From: Candidatus Microgenomatus sp.
Lineage (GTDB): Bacteria; Patescibacteriota; Microgenomatia; UBA8517
Assembly: GCA_020724585.1 (NCBI GenBank)
Contig: DYGS01000001.1
Location: 287,832-351,831, forward strand
Direction: 5' to 3'
Length of the DNA stretch: 64,000 bases
Made by a program: the position numbers and the translations under genes. The notes beneath the pieces are model-generated. The model worked only from the letters and a program-made list of their open reading frames with translations. It searched no databases and was not told where the DNA came from. Shown here piece after piece: positions 9,367-17,685 of this stretch. The stretch's first letter is position 1. Each line of letters opens with the position of its first letter.

Positions 9367-10095
9367 ATGAATTTAAAAAATAAAACTGCAGTTATAATAG
9401 GAGCAACGGGGGGAATTGGCAGTGAGGTCGCAAAGTCTTTGGATAAAGAAGGCGCTGATTTAATACTTATATCCAAGACTTTAGATAAATTAAGTAACCT
9501 TAATAATCTTTTGGGTAAAAAACATGAAACTCATGCTTTAGATTTGACAAATCAGAAAAAAGTTGAAGAGTATGCCAAAAGTTTCTCTAAAAAAATTGAC
9601 CTTTTTGTAAATTGTGCTGGCATTGGCGTTTATAAACAGATCGAGGAAATTTCGCTTGACGAATGGAATGACACTTTTAATATTGGATTAACCTCAACAT
9701 TTTTGATTATTAGAGAAATAATTAAAAATAAGTTGTATGCAGAGAATGCATTGTTTGTAAATATTGGCTCCGGGATGGGTGTTATCCCATCTGCGGGTAG
9801 GAGCCTATATTGTGCATCAAAATTCGCACTGCGCGGCTTTGCTTTATCCCTGGCAGAGGAATTTAAAAGAGTGGGCAACCCAAAATTTTGTTTGATAACT
9901 TTAGGCAGTACTTTGACGGAATTTGGACCCATGACTTTGGAGGAAAAAAAGAAAGATATGGAATCAGGCAAGGCCTATTTTACTCCGGAATGGGTAGGAA
10001 ATAAGTTGATGGAAATAATTAAAGACGATAATCGGGAAGTTGAATATGTACTATATCCTAGCGACTATGGTTTTGGTGATAGGAATACCCCCTGA
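9367..10095 (+). CDS. Short-chain dehydrogenase/reductase (SDR)
   Basis: 'VIIGATGGIGSEVA' Rossmann motif and 'YCASKFAL' catalytic YxxxK. Confidence 0.75.
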   Translation: MNLKNKTAVIIGATGGIGSEVAKSLDKEGADLILISKTLDKLSNLNNLLGKKHETHALDLTNQKKVEEYAKSFSKKIDLFVNCAGIGVYKQIEEISLDEWNDTFNIGLTSTFLIIREIIKNKLYAENALFVNIGSGMGVIPSAGRSLYCASKFALRGFALSLAEEFKRVGNPKFCLITLGSTLTEFGPMTLEEKKKDMESGKAYFTPEWVGNKLMEIIKDDNREVEYVLYPSDYGFGDRNTP

Positions 10096-10128
10096 AACCC
10101 AAGTAATCTGATATAATTCACTCTGCAG

Positions 10129-11670
10129 ATGAAAATAGTCCAAATATTTATCTTTCTAATATTAATTGCAATTGGGTTTGCTGATTCTGTCTTTTTAACA
10201 TACGAACACTACGCATTAACTAATATTGGTTGTCCTGTTAGTCCGTGGATAAATTGTTTAGCTGTAACTACTTCCAAGTATTCTGAAATATTTGGAATAC
10301 CACTGGCCTTATTTGGGGTTATTTACTATCTTTTAATGGGCATTTTTGTTTATTTTGGTAGAACTAGTAAAATGTTTAGACACTTTTTTATTATAACCTC
10401 AACCTTTGGAGCTTTATTTTCGGTTTATTTAATTTTTGTTCAAGCAGTTCTGCTTAAAGTCTTTTGTGCTTATTGTTTGCTTTCTGCTGCAACATCATTT
10501 TTGATTTTTGGTTTCTCATTGATATTTTTTGAAAAAGAATGGAAAACTGTAGTTCTTGATACTTTTGGTTATGCATATACTTTAGTTTTAAGACCTATCT
10601 TTTGGAAGATTGATGCTAAAACTGTACATGAAGGAATGACATCTTTTGGTGAAGTTTTAGGGAGAAACGATTTAATTAAAAAATTATTTAGTTTTATCTT
10701 TGTTAAAAAACACAAAAATTTAAAGTCCACATATCATGGCATAAAATTTGATAATCCAGTAGGTCTTGCTGCAGGTTTTGACTACAACGCACAAATAACA
10801 CAAATATCAAGACATATTGATTTTGGTTTTCAAACAGTTGGTACAATAACAAATATTGAATATGCAGGCAATCCTGCACCACAACTAGGTAGACTTCCAA
10901 AGTCTAAATCACTACTTGTTAATAAAGGCTACAAAAACAAAGGTTCACTTGTTATTTCAGATAAATTATCTAAATTCAAGAAATTTGATTTACCACTTGG
11001 TATCTCAATTGGTCGCTCAAATAATTCCACCTTAGATACTTTGGAATCTTCCATAGAAGATATTGTTAAATCGTTTAAAATGTTTGAGAAAGCCAATGCC
11101 AAAAATAGTTATTATGAACTAAATATTAGTTGCCCAAATATTATAAATGCTGTTCATGTCAGTTTTTATGAACCTAAGAATTTAGAAAAATTACTTTCTA
11201 GGGTGGATAGATTAAGAATCAAAAAACCAATTTTTGTAAAGATGCCAATTGACAAAAGTGATAGGGAGTTTAAAAAGATGCTTGATGTAATTGTTAAACA
11301 TAAAATTAAAGGTGTAATTATCGGAAACCTACAGACAAATAAAGAACACAAGACGCTAGTTAAATCAGAAGTTAGAAAGTTTAAGATGGGTAATTTCTCA
11401 GGCAAACCAACATTTGAAGATAGCAATAGACTCATAAAACTTGCCTACAAGTCTTATAAAGACAGACTAACCATTATTGGTTGTGGTGGGGTATTTAACA
11501 GTGATGATGCTTGGATCAAGTTTACAAATGGTGCAAGTTTAATTCAACTTATTACAGGTATGATTTTCGAAGGACCACAGCTAATTGCACAGATAAATAG
11601 AGATCTGTCAGAAAGACTAACTAAAAAAGGATATAAGAGTATTAAGGAAATAGTGGGAACTGCGGTATAA
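10129..11670 (+). CDS. pyrD: Fusion protein: N-terminal VKOR (vitamin K epoxide reductase-like) membrane domain plus C-terminal class-2 dihydroorotate dehydrogenase (PyrD)
   Basis: N-terminal 4–5 TM helices with the loop cysteine pair 'GCPVSPWINC' and the TM CxxC 'CAYCL' (VKOR signature). C-terminus has 'FDNPVGLAAGFDYNAQ...FGFQTVGTIT' and 'IIGCGGVFNSDDAWIKFTNGASLIQL', matching PyrD motifs. Confidence 0.65.
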   Translation: MKIVQIFIFLILIAIGFADSVFLTYEHYALTNIGCPVSPWINCLAVTTSKYSEIFGIPLALFGVIYYLLMGIFVYFGRTSKMFRHFFIITSTFGALFSVYLIFVQAVLLKVFCAYCLLSAATSFLIFGFSLIFFEKEWKTVVLDTFGYAYTLVLRPIFWKIDAKTVHEGMTSFGEVLGRNDLIKKLFSFIFVKKHKNLKSTYHGIKFDNPVGLAAGFDYNAQITQISRHIDFGFQTVGTITNIEYAGNPAPQLGRLPKSKSLLVNKGYKNKGSLVISDKLSKFKKFDLPLGISIGRSNNSTLDTLESSIEDIVKSFKMFEKANAKNSYYELNISCPNIINAVHVSFYEPKNLEKLLSRVDRLRIKKPIFVKMPIDKSDREFKKMLDVIVKHKIKGVIIGNLQTNKEHKTLVKSEVRKFKMGNFSGKPTFEDSNRLIKLAYKSYKDRLTIIGCGGVFNSDDAWIKFTNGASLIQLITGMIFEGPQLIAQINRDLSERLTKKGYKSIKEIVGTAV

Positions 11671-11677
11671 TTAAGTT

Positions 11678-12085
11678 GTGAATTATTATCAAACAAAGTC
11701 TAAGTTGATATCTGGAACAAACTACAAAGAGGTGATGAAGAAGGCTGAACGGTCATTTAACAAAATTGAGAAAAAAACCAAGAGACAGCCCTATCTTAGA
11801 TCCGCTTATTTTTTAAAGCGAAAAGTATTTTTTAACATTTTTTGGAAACACCTTTTTGATAAGAAGCATGCGTTTAGAATGGAACGATTACGATTTTTTG
11901 ATGCGTGTTTAGAGCTAATTCAAAAATCTAGAAACCATCCGACAACCTCTGAAAATCCTAACAACAAAGGCGAGGTGCTTCACAGGTTTTATGGATTAAC
12001 TAAAGAAAAATGTAAGTTCATAATTCAAATAAAGGAAATTAAGAGAAATGATAAATTATATCTTATGTCGATATTTCCAAGTTAA
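11678..12085 (+). CDS. Hypothetical basic protein (start uncertain: GTG at 11678 or ATG at 11735)
   Basis: ORF only. AAGAGG sits just before the in-frame ATG at 11735. No recognised domain. Confidence 0.35.
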   Translation: MNYYQTKSKLISGTNYKEVMKKAERSFNKIEKKTKRQPYLRSAYFLKRKVFFNIFWKHLFDKKHAFRMERLRFFDACLELIQKSRNHPTTSENPNNKGEVLHRFYGLTKEKCKFIIQIKEIKRNDKLYLMSIFPS

Positions 12086-12091
12086 AAAGAA

Positions 12092-12134
12092 ATCTCTCCG
12101 CCAGGTTGAAGTACGTAAACTTCGGCCGAGAGAT
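12092..12134 (+). terminator. Imperfect nested hairpin after the 11678 ORF (outer stem 11 bp with 1 mismatch, inner stem GAAG/CTTC), followed by TATTATAAT just upstream of the next ATG
   Basis: ATCTCTCCGCC...GGCCGAGAGAT read from the sequence. No strong T-tract, so function as a terminator is uncertain. Confidence 0.35.
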
Positions 12135-12160
12135 TATCTTATGTATTATAATAGCATATT

Positions 12161-13195
12161 ATGTCAATAAAAACAATTAAAGTATATTTCTCCTCAGGTG
12201 TTCATAGTGGTCTTGATGCTACCCGTGGAATTGGTGCAAATACCAGTGAAATGGTAAAGGCTTTAGATAAAACAGCTGGAATTACTATAGTAAATAACCC
12301 AAATGAGGCCAATGTTGTGCATTACACAAAATTTAATCCATTTTTCATTAGTATTCCATTTTTTAAACCGACTAATCAGAAGTGGTTTCTAACAATTCAT
12401 GATTTGATCCCACTTATATATCCAAAACATTATCCATCGGGAGTCAAAGGCTATATAAAATTTTTAATTAACAAATTTTTAGTTTGGAAAAACATTGATG
12501 TAATCGTTACAATTTCTGAAACTTCAAAAAAAGATATTTGTAGATTTTTAGGTGTAAAACCTGAAATAGTGAAAGTTATCTATATTGCGCCTAAAGAGTC
12601 GATCAAAAAACTAAAAGGCGGTTCGTGGGAAGAAGAAATAAGAAAAAAATTTAATTTACCTGATAAATTTATTCTTTTTAATCATGGACTAAATTACAAT
12701 AAGAACCTAAAAACTCTAATTGAGGCATGTAACAGATTAAAATTTCCTCTAGTTGCAATCGATGAAGATACAAAAAATGTCGATAAATTAGATTTAAATC
12801 ACCCTGAATTAAGACATTTGAAAGGTGTTGATTTTTCAAAAGTAATAAGACCAGGTTATGTTTCTGATGAAGACTTAAACAAACTTTTTAATATGGCCTA
12901 TCTTTGTGTTCAACCCTCTTACTATGAAGGTTTTGGTATGCCACCAATAGAAGCAATGACGGTTGGTTGCCCTGTTATTTGTTCAAAAACCCAGGCTTTG
13001 GTAGAAGTTTGTGGAGATGCTTGTTTGTATTTTGATCCCAATAGCCCTGATGATTTAGTTGAAAAAATAAAATTGATTCAAGAAGATACAAAGTTGAGGC
13101 AGGAATTAATAAAAAGAGGTTATAAGCAGGCTAAAAAATATTCTTGGGAAAAAACTGCCAGAGAAACAATATCTTTATATGAAAAAGTTGTATAA
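12161..13195 (+). CDS. Glycosyltransferase family 4 (GT-B, group 1)
   Basis: 'EGFGMPPIEAMTVGCPVICSKTQALVEVCGDACLYFDP' is the GT4 E-x7-E region. Confidence 0.75.
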   Translation: MSIKTIKVYFSSGVHSGLDATRGIGANTSEMVKALDKTAGITIVNNPNEANVVHYTKFNPFFISIPFFKPTNQKWFLTIHDLIPLIYPKHYPSGVKGYIKFLINKFLVWKNIDVIVTISETSKKDICRFLGVKPEIVKVIYIAPKESIKKLKGGSWEEEIRKKFNLPDKFILFNHGLNYNKNLKTLIEACNRLKFPLVAIDEDTKNVDKLDLNHPELRHLKGVDFSKVIRPGYVSDEDLNKLFNMAYLCVQPSYYEGFGMPPIEAMTVGCPVICSKTQALVEVCGDACLYFDPNSPDDLVEKIKLIQEDTKLRQELIKRGYKQAKKYSWEKTARETISLYEKVV

Positions 13196-14330
13196 CTCTT
13201 TAGTATTTAAATTCATAATTTGGAGGGTTGTCTTAATTTTTGCGGCATTTTTGGCAATAACATACATTCCAATCTTTAGTGATAATTTTTTCGGCGGCAA
13301 GTATATTAATTATTCCCAAAATCCACTTCTCTGGACTTGGGCCAATTTCGACGGAGAACACTATTTATCAATTGCACAAAATGGGTATAAAAGTTTACAG
13401 CAGGCTTTTTTCCCTTTGTATCCATTATTTATTCGTTTTTTTGCATTTGGAGGAACAAGTGAAAATTTGATGCCATTTTTGGTGAGCGGACTCATTTTAT
13501 CTAATCTATTTTTTTTAGTTTCTCTATTTTTTTTAGAAAAAGTAATAAATTTAGATTACGATCAAAAGACCTCAAATTTAGCTGTATTATTACTTTTATT
13601 TTTCCCTACATCTTTTTTCTTCGGTGGCATATACACAGAATCGTTATTTTTTTTATTATCCCTAGCTACATACTATTTCTATAGAAAAGAAAGATATTTT
13701 CTATCTTTAGTTTTTGGAATATTAACCACACTAACGAGATTTTTGGGCCTGTTTGTTATATTGATGATTGTTATTGACCTGATTGTTAAGAAGACAAGTT
13801 TAATTAAAATAATTCAAAATAAAATCTATTTAGTTTTTCTTTCTGGAATAGGACTATTTGGATATATGTATTATTGTTTTGTTAAGTGGGGTGATGCCCT
13901 CGCTTTTTTTAATTTACAAACTCTATCAGGCGAACAAAGATCGACAAATTTAATATTACTGCCGCAAGTCTTTTATAGATATTTTGCAAAAATAATACCT
14001 AACTTGAATTTTGATTATTTTCCATTTGTTTTTACTATCTTTTTAGAAATCTCGATAGCAACTCTTTTTTTGATACTACTCATTTTTTCGTTCAAAAAGG
14101 TTCGTTGGGATTATTGGTTTTATATGTTGTCGAGTTATATGATTCCAACGCTAACCGGAAGTTTTTCTTCACTTCCGAGATATGTTTTGGTCATTTTTCC
14201 AACATATATTGTGATGGCGAGTTACCTAAAAAGTAAAAATAAATTTCTGACTTTCTGTATTTTGGCAGTTTTAGCTATAATTAGCATTATTGCCCAGTCT
14301 CTTTTTGTCAGAGGATATTTTATAAGCTAG
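13179..14330 (+). CDS. GT-C-like membrane mannosyltransferase (PIG-V/GT87-like)
   Basis: 'FDGEHYLSIAQNGYKSLQQAFFPLYPLFI' motif typical of PIG-V/DUF2029-type polyprenol-phosphate-sugar-dependent transferases; many TM helices. Confidence 0.5.
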   Translation: MKKLYNSLVFKFIIWRVVLIFAAFLAITYIPIFSDNFFGGKYINYSQNPLLWTWANFDGEHYLSIAQNGYKSLQQAFFPLYPLFIRFFAFGGTSENLMPFLVSGLILSNLFFLVSLFFLEKVINLDYDQKTSNLAVLLLLFFPTSFFFGGIYTESLFFLLSLATYYFYRKERYFLSLVFGILTTLTRFLGLFVILMIVIDLIVKKTSLIKIIQNKIYLVFLSGIGLFGYMYYCFVKWGDALAFFNLQTLSGEQRSTNLILLPQVFYRYFAKIIPNLNFDYFPFVFTIFLEISIATLFLILLIFSFKKVRWDYWFYMLSSYMIPTLTGSFSSLPRYVLVIFPTYIVMASYLKSKNKFLTFCILAVLAIISIIAQSLFVRGYFIS

Positions 14331-14336
14331 ATATAT

Positions 14337-15008
14337 ATGAAAATTGCAATCGTATTGCCTGTTTTTAATGAAGAGAAACATATAGAGAATGTATTAAAGA
14401 ATCTTGCCAAAAGTAAGCTTACTATTATTGCAGTTGATGATGGAAGCAAAGACATGAGTTCTCAAAAACTCAAAGGAAAAATTCCAAAAATCAAAGTTCT
14501 AACCCACAAGGTTAATTTAGGCAAGGGTTCAGCAATGAAGACAGGTTGCGAATATGCATTTAATAATGGTTATGATGCAGTAATTTTTATGGATTCAGAC
14601 GGTCAACATTCTATAAATGATTTGCCTAAATTTATAGAAAAACTTGAAACAGAAAAATTTGATATTGTTTTTGGTTCAAGAAATTTAGGTTTAGATATGC
14701 CTTTAATTAGATTTCTAGGTAATAAGTTTGCTTCAGTTTTTGTCAATTTGTTATTTGGAATTTATGTTTCAGATCTATTAAGCGGTTATAGAGCTATAAC
14801 TAAAAAAGCTTACCAAAAAATAAAATGGGAGTCTCAAGGATATGGCGTTGAAACTGAAATGGTAATAAAGACAAAGCAGGAAAAACTTAAATACACCGAG
14901 GTGCCAATTGAAACTATATATTTAGATGGATTTAAAGGGGTTTCGATACTAGATGCTTTTGGAATACTTCTTAATGTAGTTTATTGGAGATTAAAAAGAT
15001 ATAATTGA
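14337..15008 (+). CDS. GT2 polyprenol-phosphate glycosyltransferase (DPM1/GtrB-like)
   Basis: 'IAIVLPVFNEEKHI...AVDDGSKD...DSDGQH'. Confidence 0.7.
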   Translation: MKIAIVLPVFNEEKHIENVLKNLAKSKLTIIAVDDGSKDMSSQKLKGKIPKIKVLTHKVNLGKGSAMKTGCEYAFNNGYDAVIFMDSDGQHSINDLPKFIEKLETEKFDIVFGSRNLGLDMPLIRFLGNKFASVFVNLLFGIYVSDLLSGYRAITKKAYQKIKWESQGYGVETEMVIKTKQEKLKYTEVPIETIYLDGFKGVSILDAFGILLNVVYWRLKRYN

Positions 15009-15013
15009 TAATT

Positions 15014-15346
15014 ATGATACTAGGTTTACAAATAACAGGAATATTATTTTCGTTAGCAATGATTTATTTTGCTCTGCTTCACTACAAGAAGGATAATTTA
15101 AATAGTTTAGAGATTGCTTCATGGATAACGATTTGGGTTCTTGTTATTTTAATTGTAATTTTTCCTGAAATAGTTAGGGCTTATGCAGCTAGTATTGCAG
15201 TATCAAGAGTTCTAGATCTTTTAATTGGCGGTGCTTTTATAGTTATATTTATAATGGTTGGGAGTGCCTATATTAGAGTTAATAAATTAGAAAAAAAACT
15301 TGAAGATTTGGTTAGAAAGTTGGCCATTAAGGATAAAAAAGCGTAA
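15014..15346 (+). CDS. Small membrane protein (DUF2304-like) coupled to the GT2 gene
   Basis: Three TM helices plus a C-terminal coiled-coil 'LEKKLEDLVRKLA'. The ATG at 15014 follows the upstream stop; the track start 15005 is TTG. Confidence 0.45.
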   Translation: MILGLQITGILFSLAMIYFALLHYKKDNLNSLEIASWITIWVLVILIVIFPEIVRAYAASIAVSRVLDLLIGGAFIVIFIMVGSAYIRVNKLEKKLEDLVRKLAIKDKKA

Positions 15347-15401
15347 CAAATGTTTTCTTGGCATAAAGAAACTTTTGTTTATTACATCGGATTAATTGTA
15401 A

Positions 15402-16154
15402 ATGACAAATTCTAAAAATTACTATTTATTTCTTGATGAATCTGGACATCATGGACTCAAAAATATAAATACAGAATTTCCAATTTTTTTATTGTGTGGG
15501 TGTTTAATATCCGAAGATGACTATGTCCATCTTAAGAAAAAAATAAATACGATCAAGGCTAAATACTTTGGGACAAAGGATTTGATTTTACACTCAACGG
15601 ATATTAGAAAATGGCAAAAAGAATTCAAAATTTTAGGAGACTTAAGGCTACGGAACGATTTTTATAATGATTTAAACAAAATAATTGATAATACGAACTT
15701 TACAGTAATATCGTCGGCAGTGATAAAAGAAGATCTAGTAAAACAATATGGGCCACAAGCAAGTAACCCATATGAGATATCATTATCTTTTATATTGGAT
15801 AGAGTAATAATGTTTTCAGACAAAAACGATAATGCAAATATTAAGTTAATTGTAGAATCAAGAGGTAAAAAGGAGGATTCTCAGTTGCATAGTCAGTATC
15901 AATTAATTTTAAATAATGGCACCATTAACAATATGAGTCAAAAGTTCAAGGATACATTTATAGATATTGATTTTAAGAAAAAGAAAGACAATGAAATTGG
16001 CACTCAATTATGTGATTTAATTGCTTATCCGTTAGCCACAAAGGTGATATTTCCAGATAGAGTTAATTTTGCCTTTAATCTAATTGAAAAGAAGCTTTAT
16101 AAGCAGTTTGAGAATGGTGATTATATCGAATATGGATTGAAAATATTTCCTTAA
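15402..16154 (+). CDS. DUF3800-family protein (uncharacterised)
   Basis: N-terminal 'YYLFLDESGHHG' matches the DUF3800 'DESG' start; 250 aa. Stand-alone gene with its own upstream AT-rich region. Confidence 0.5.
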   Translation: MTNSKNYYLFLDESGHHGLKNINTEFPIFLLCGCLISEDDYVHLKKKINTIKAKYFGTKDLILHSTDIRKWQKEFKILGDLRLRNDFYNDLNKIIDNTNFTVISSAVIKEDLVKQYGPQASNPYEISLSFILDRVIMFSDKNDNANIKLIVESRGKKEDSQLHSQYQLILNNGTINNMSQKFKDTFIDIDFKKKKDNEIGTQLCDLIAYPLATKVIFPDRVNFAFNLIEKKLYKQFENGDYIEYGLKIFP

Positions 16155-16162
16155 AAAACAAA

Positions 16163-16197
16163 CCCCTTGCGGGGCTTGCCGATCGTGATCCACGATC
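16163..16197. terminator. Two adjacent hairpins downstream of the DUF3800 gene: CCCC-TTGC-GGGG (preceded by an A-tract, so terminator-shaped on the minus strand) and GATCGTG-ATC-CACGATC
   Basis: Inverted repeats read from the sequence at 16163..16174 and 16181..16197. Confidence 0.4.
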
Positions 16198-16219
16198 CAA
16201 TAGATATATTATACTAAAA

Positions 16220-17011
16220 ATGTCAATTATGTCAAATCAAAATCCTTTAATCTCAATTGTTATACCTTCATATAATAAAGTTAAATATATTAAAAAAACT
16301 CTAGATTCTATAGTTTCCCAATCGTACAAAAGCTATGAAGTAATTATTCAAGATGGTGGATCAACAGATGGAACATTAAATGTAATCAAAAAATATGCAA
16401 AAAAATACCCAAAGCATATTAGATATGAATCAAAAAAAGACGGAGGTCAACTAAATGCGATTAATATTGGACTAAAAAAAGCAAAAGGGGAATTAGTTAC
16501 ATTCATAAACGCAGACGATGTATATGAGAAAGATGCGTTTGAAGCTGTTGTTGGACATTACTTGGAAAACCCTAACGCGTTATGGTTTGCAGGAAAGGGA
16601 ATTGTTATTGATGAGAATGACAATGAAATTGCAAAGTTTGCAACTTGGTATAAAAGTTTGTTATTAAATTGGAATTTAAGGACCTTTCTTCTAATTACAA
16701 ATTATTTGATGCAGCCTTCTGTTTTTTTAACCAAGAAAGCACTCAAAAAATATGGTTTATTTACTGGTACAAAATTTGCAGTAATGGAATATGATATGTG
16801 GCTTAAAATAAGTATAGATAGAATGCCGGTTCTGATAAATAAAGTTTTAACAAAGTTTAGACTAGAAAAAGATACCAAAACTAGCACAAATTCCAAATTA
16901 TTACTTTATGAAGATGAAAAAATTATTAAAAAATATACAAAAAACAAATTGACACTATTTTTGCATATTTTACATAATTATTTTAGGGTTATAATTGGAA
17001 AAATTATATGA
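16220..17011 (+). CDS. Glycosyltransferase family 2
   Basis: 'ISIVIPSYNKVKYI...IIQDGGSTDGT...NADD'. Confidence 0.7.
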   Translation: MSIMSNQNPLISIVIPSYNKVKYIKKTLDSIVSQSYKSYEVIIQDGGSTDGTLNVIKKYAKKYPKHIRYESKKDGGQLNAINIGLKKAKGELVTFINADDVYEKDAFEAVVGHYLENPNALWFAGKGIVIDENDNEIAKFATWYKSLLLNWNLRTFLLITNYLMQPSVFLTKKALKKYGLFTGTKFAVMEYDMWLKISIDRMPVLINKVLTKFRLEKDTKTSTNSKLLLYEDEKIIKKYTKNKLTLFLHILHNYFRVIIGKII

Positions 17012-17685
17012 AAATTTCAGTTATTTTGCCTACTAGAAACGAAGAAGCTCTTATCAGAGGAACTCTTATGGATATATCAAGATATTTGAACTCTAAGAAA
17101 TATCGATATGAAATTTTAGTTGTTTTAAATGGTTGCACTGATAATACTGAGAAAATAGTTAGAAAATTAACTTTAAAAAATAGAAGTATTAAGATTTTAA
17201 AATCAAAACCCGGTTATGGCACAGCGCTTAAAAAAGGTATGCAAGTTGCAAAGGGCGATTATATAGCTGTATTTAATGTTGATTTTTATGATCTTGATTT
17301 AATTAAGTTAATAGATGTAAATATGTGTGGTAAGGACATGATAATCGGGTCAAAAATGTCCTTTTGGTCAGTGGATAATAGATCAATGGTTAGAAAAATG
17401 ATTTCTAAAATTTATAACCTTTATCTTAAGTTGTTTGTCGGGTTTAATGGTTCAGATACGCACGGAATTAAGTTGGTGAAAAGCTATCCACTTAAAACAG
17501 TTTTAAAAAAGTGTAGAACAAGTAGCGGAATAATGGACACCGAGTTTGTTATTCGTTTTCAACGCCTTGGCTTTAAAATAATGGATTTTCCTGTTGTAGT
17601 TGAGGAAAAAAGATTGCCAAGGTTCACAGGAAGACTTTTACAGACGCCAATCGACATAATTGAATTACATAAAGCATTAAAATGA
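17008..17685 (+). CDS. Glycosyltransferase family 2 (DPM/GtrB-like)
   Basis: 'ISVILPTRNEEALI...NGCTDNT'. Confidence 0.65.
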   Translation: MKISVILPTRNEEALIRGTLMDISRYLNSKKYRYEILVVLNGCTDNTEKIVRKLTLKNRSIKILKSKPGYGTALKKGMQVAKGDYIAVFNVDFYDLDLIKLIDVNMCGKDMIIGSKMSFWSVDNRSMVRKMISKIYNLYLKLFVGFNGSDTHGIKLVKSYPLKTVLKKCRTSSGIMDTEFVIRFQRLGFKIMDFPVVVEEKRLPRFTGRLLQTPIDIIELHKALK

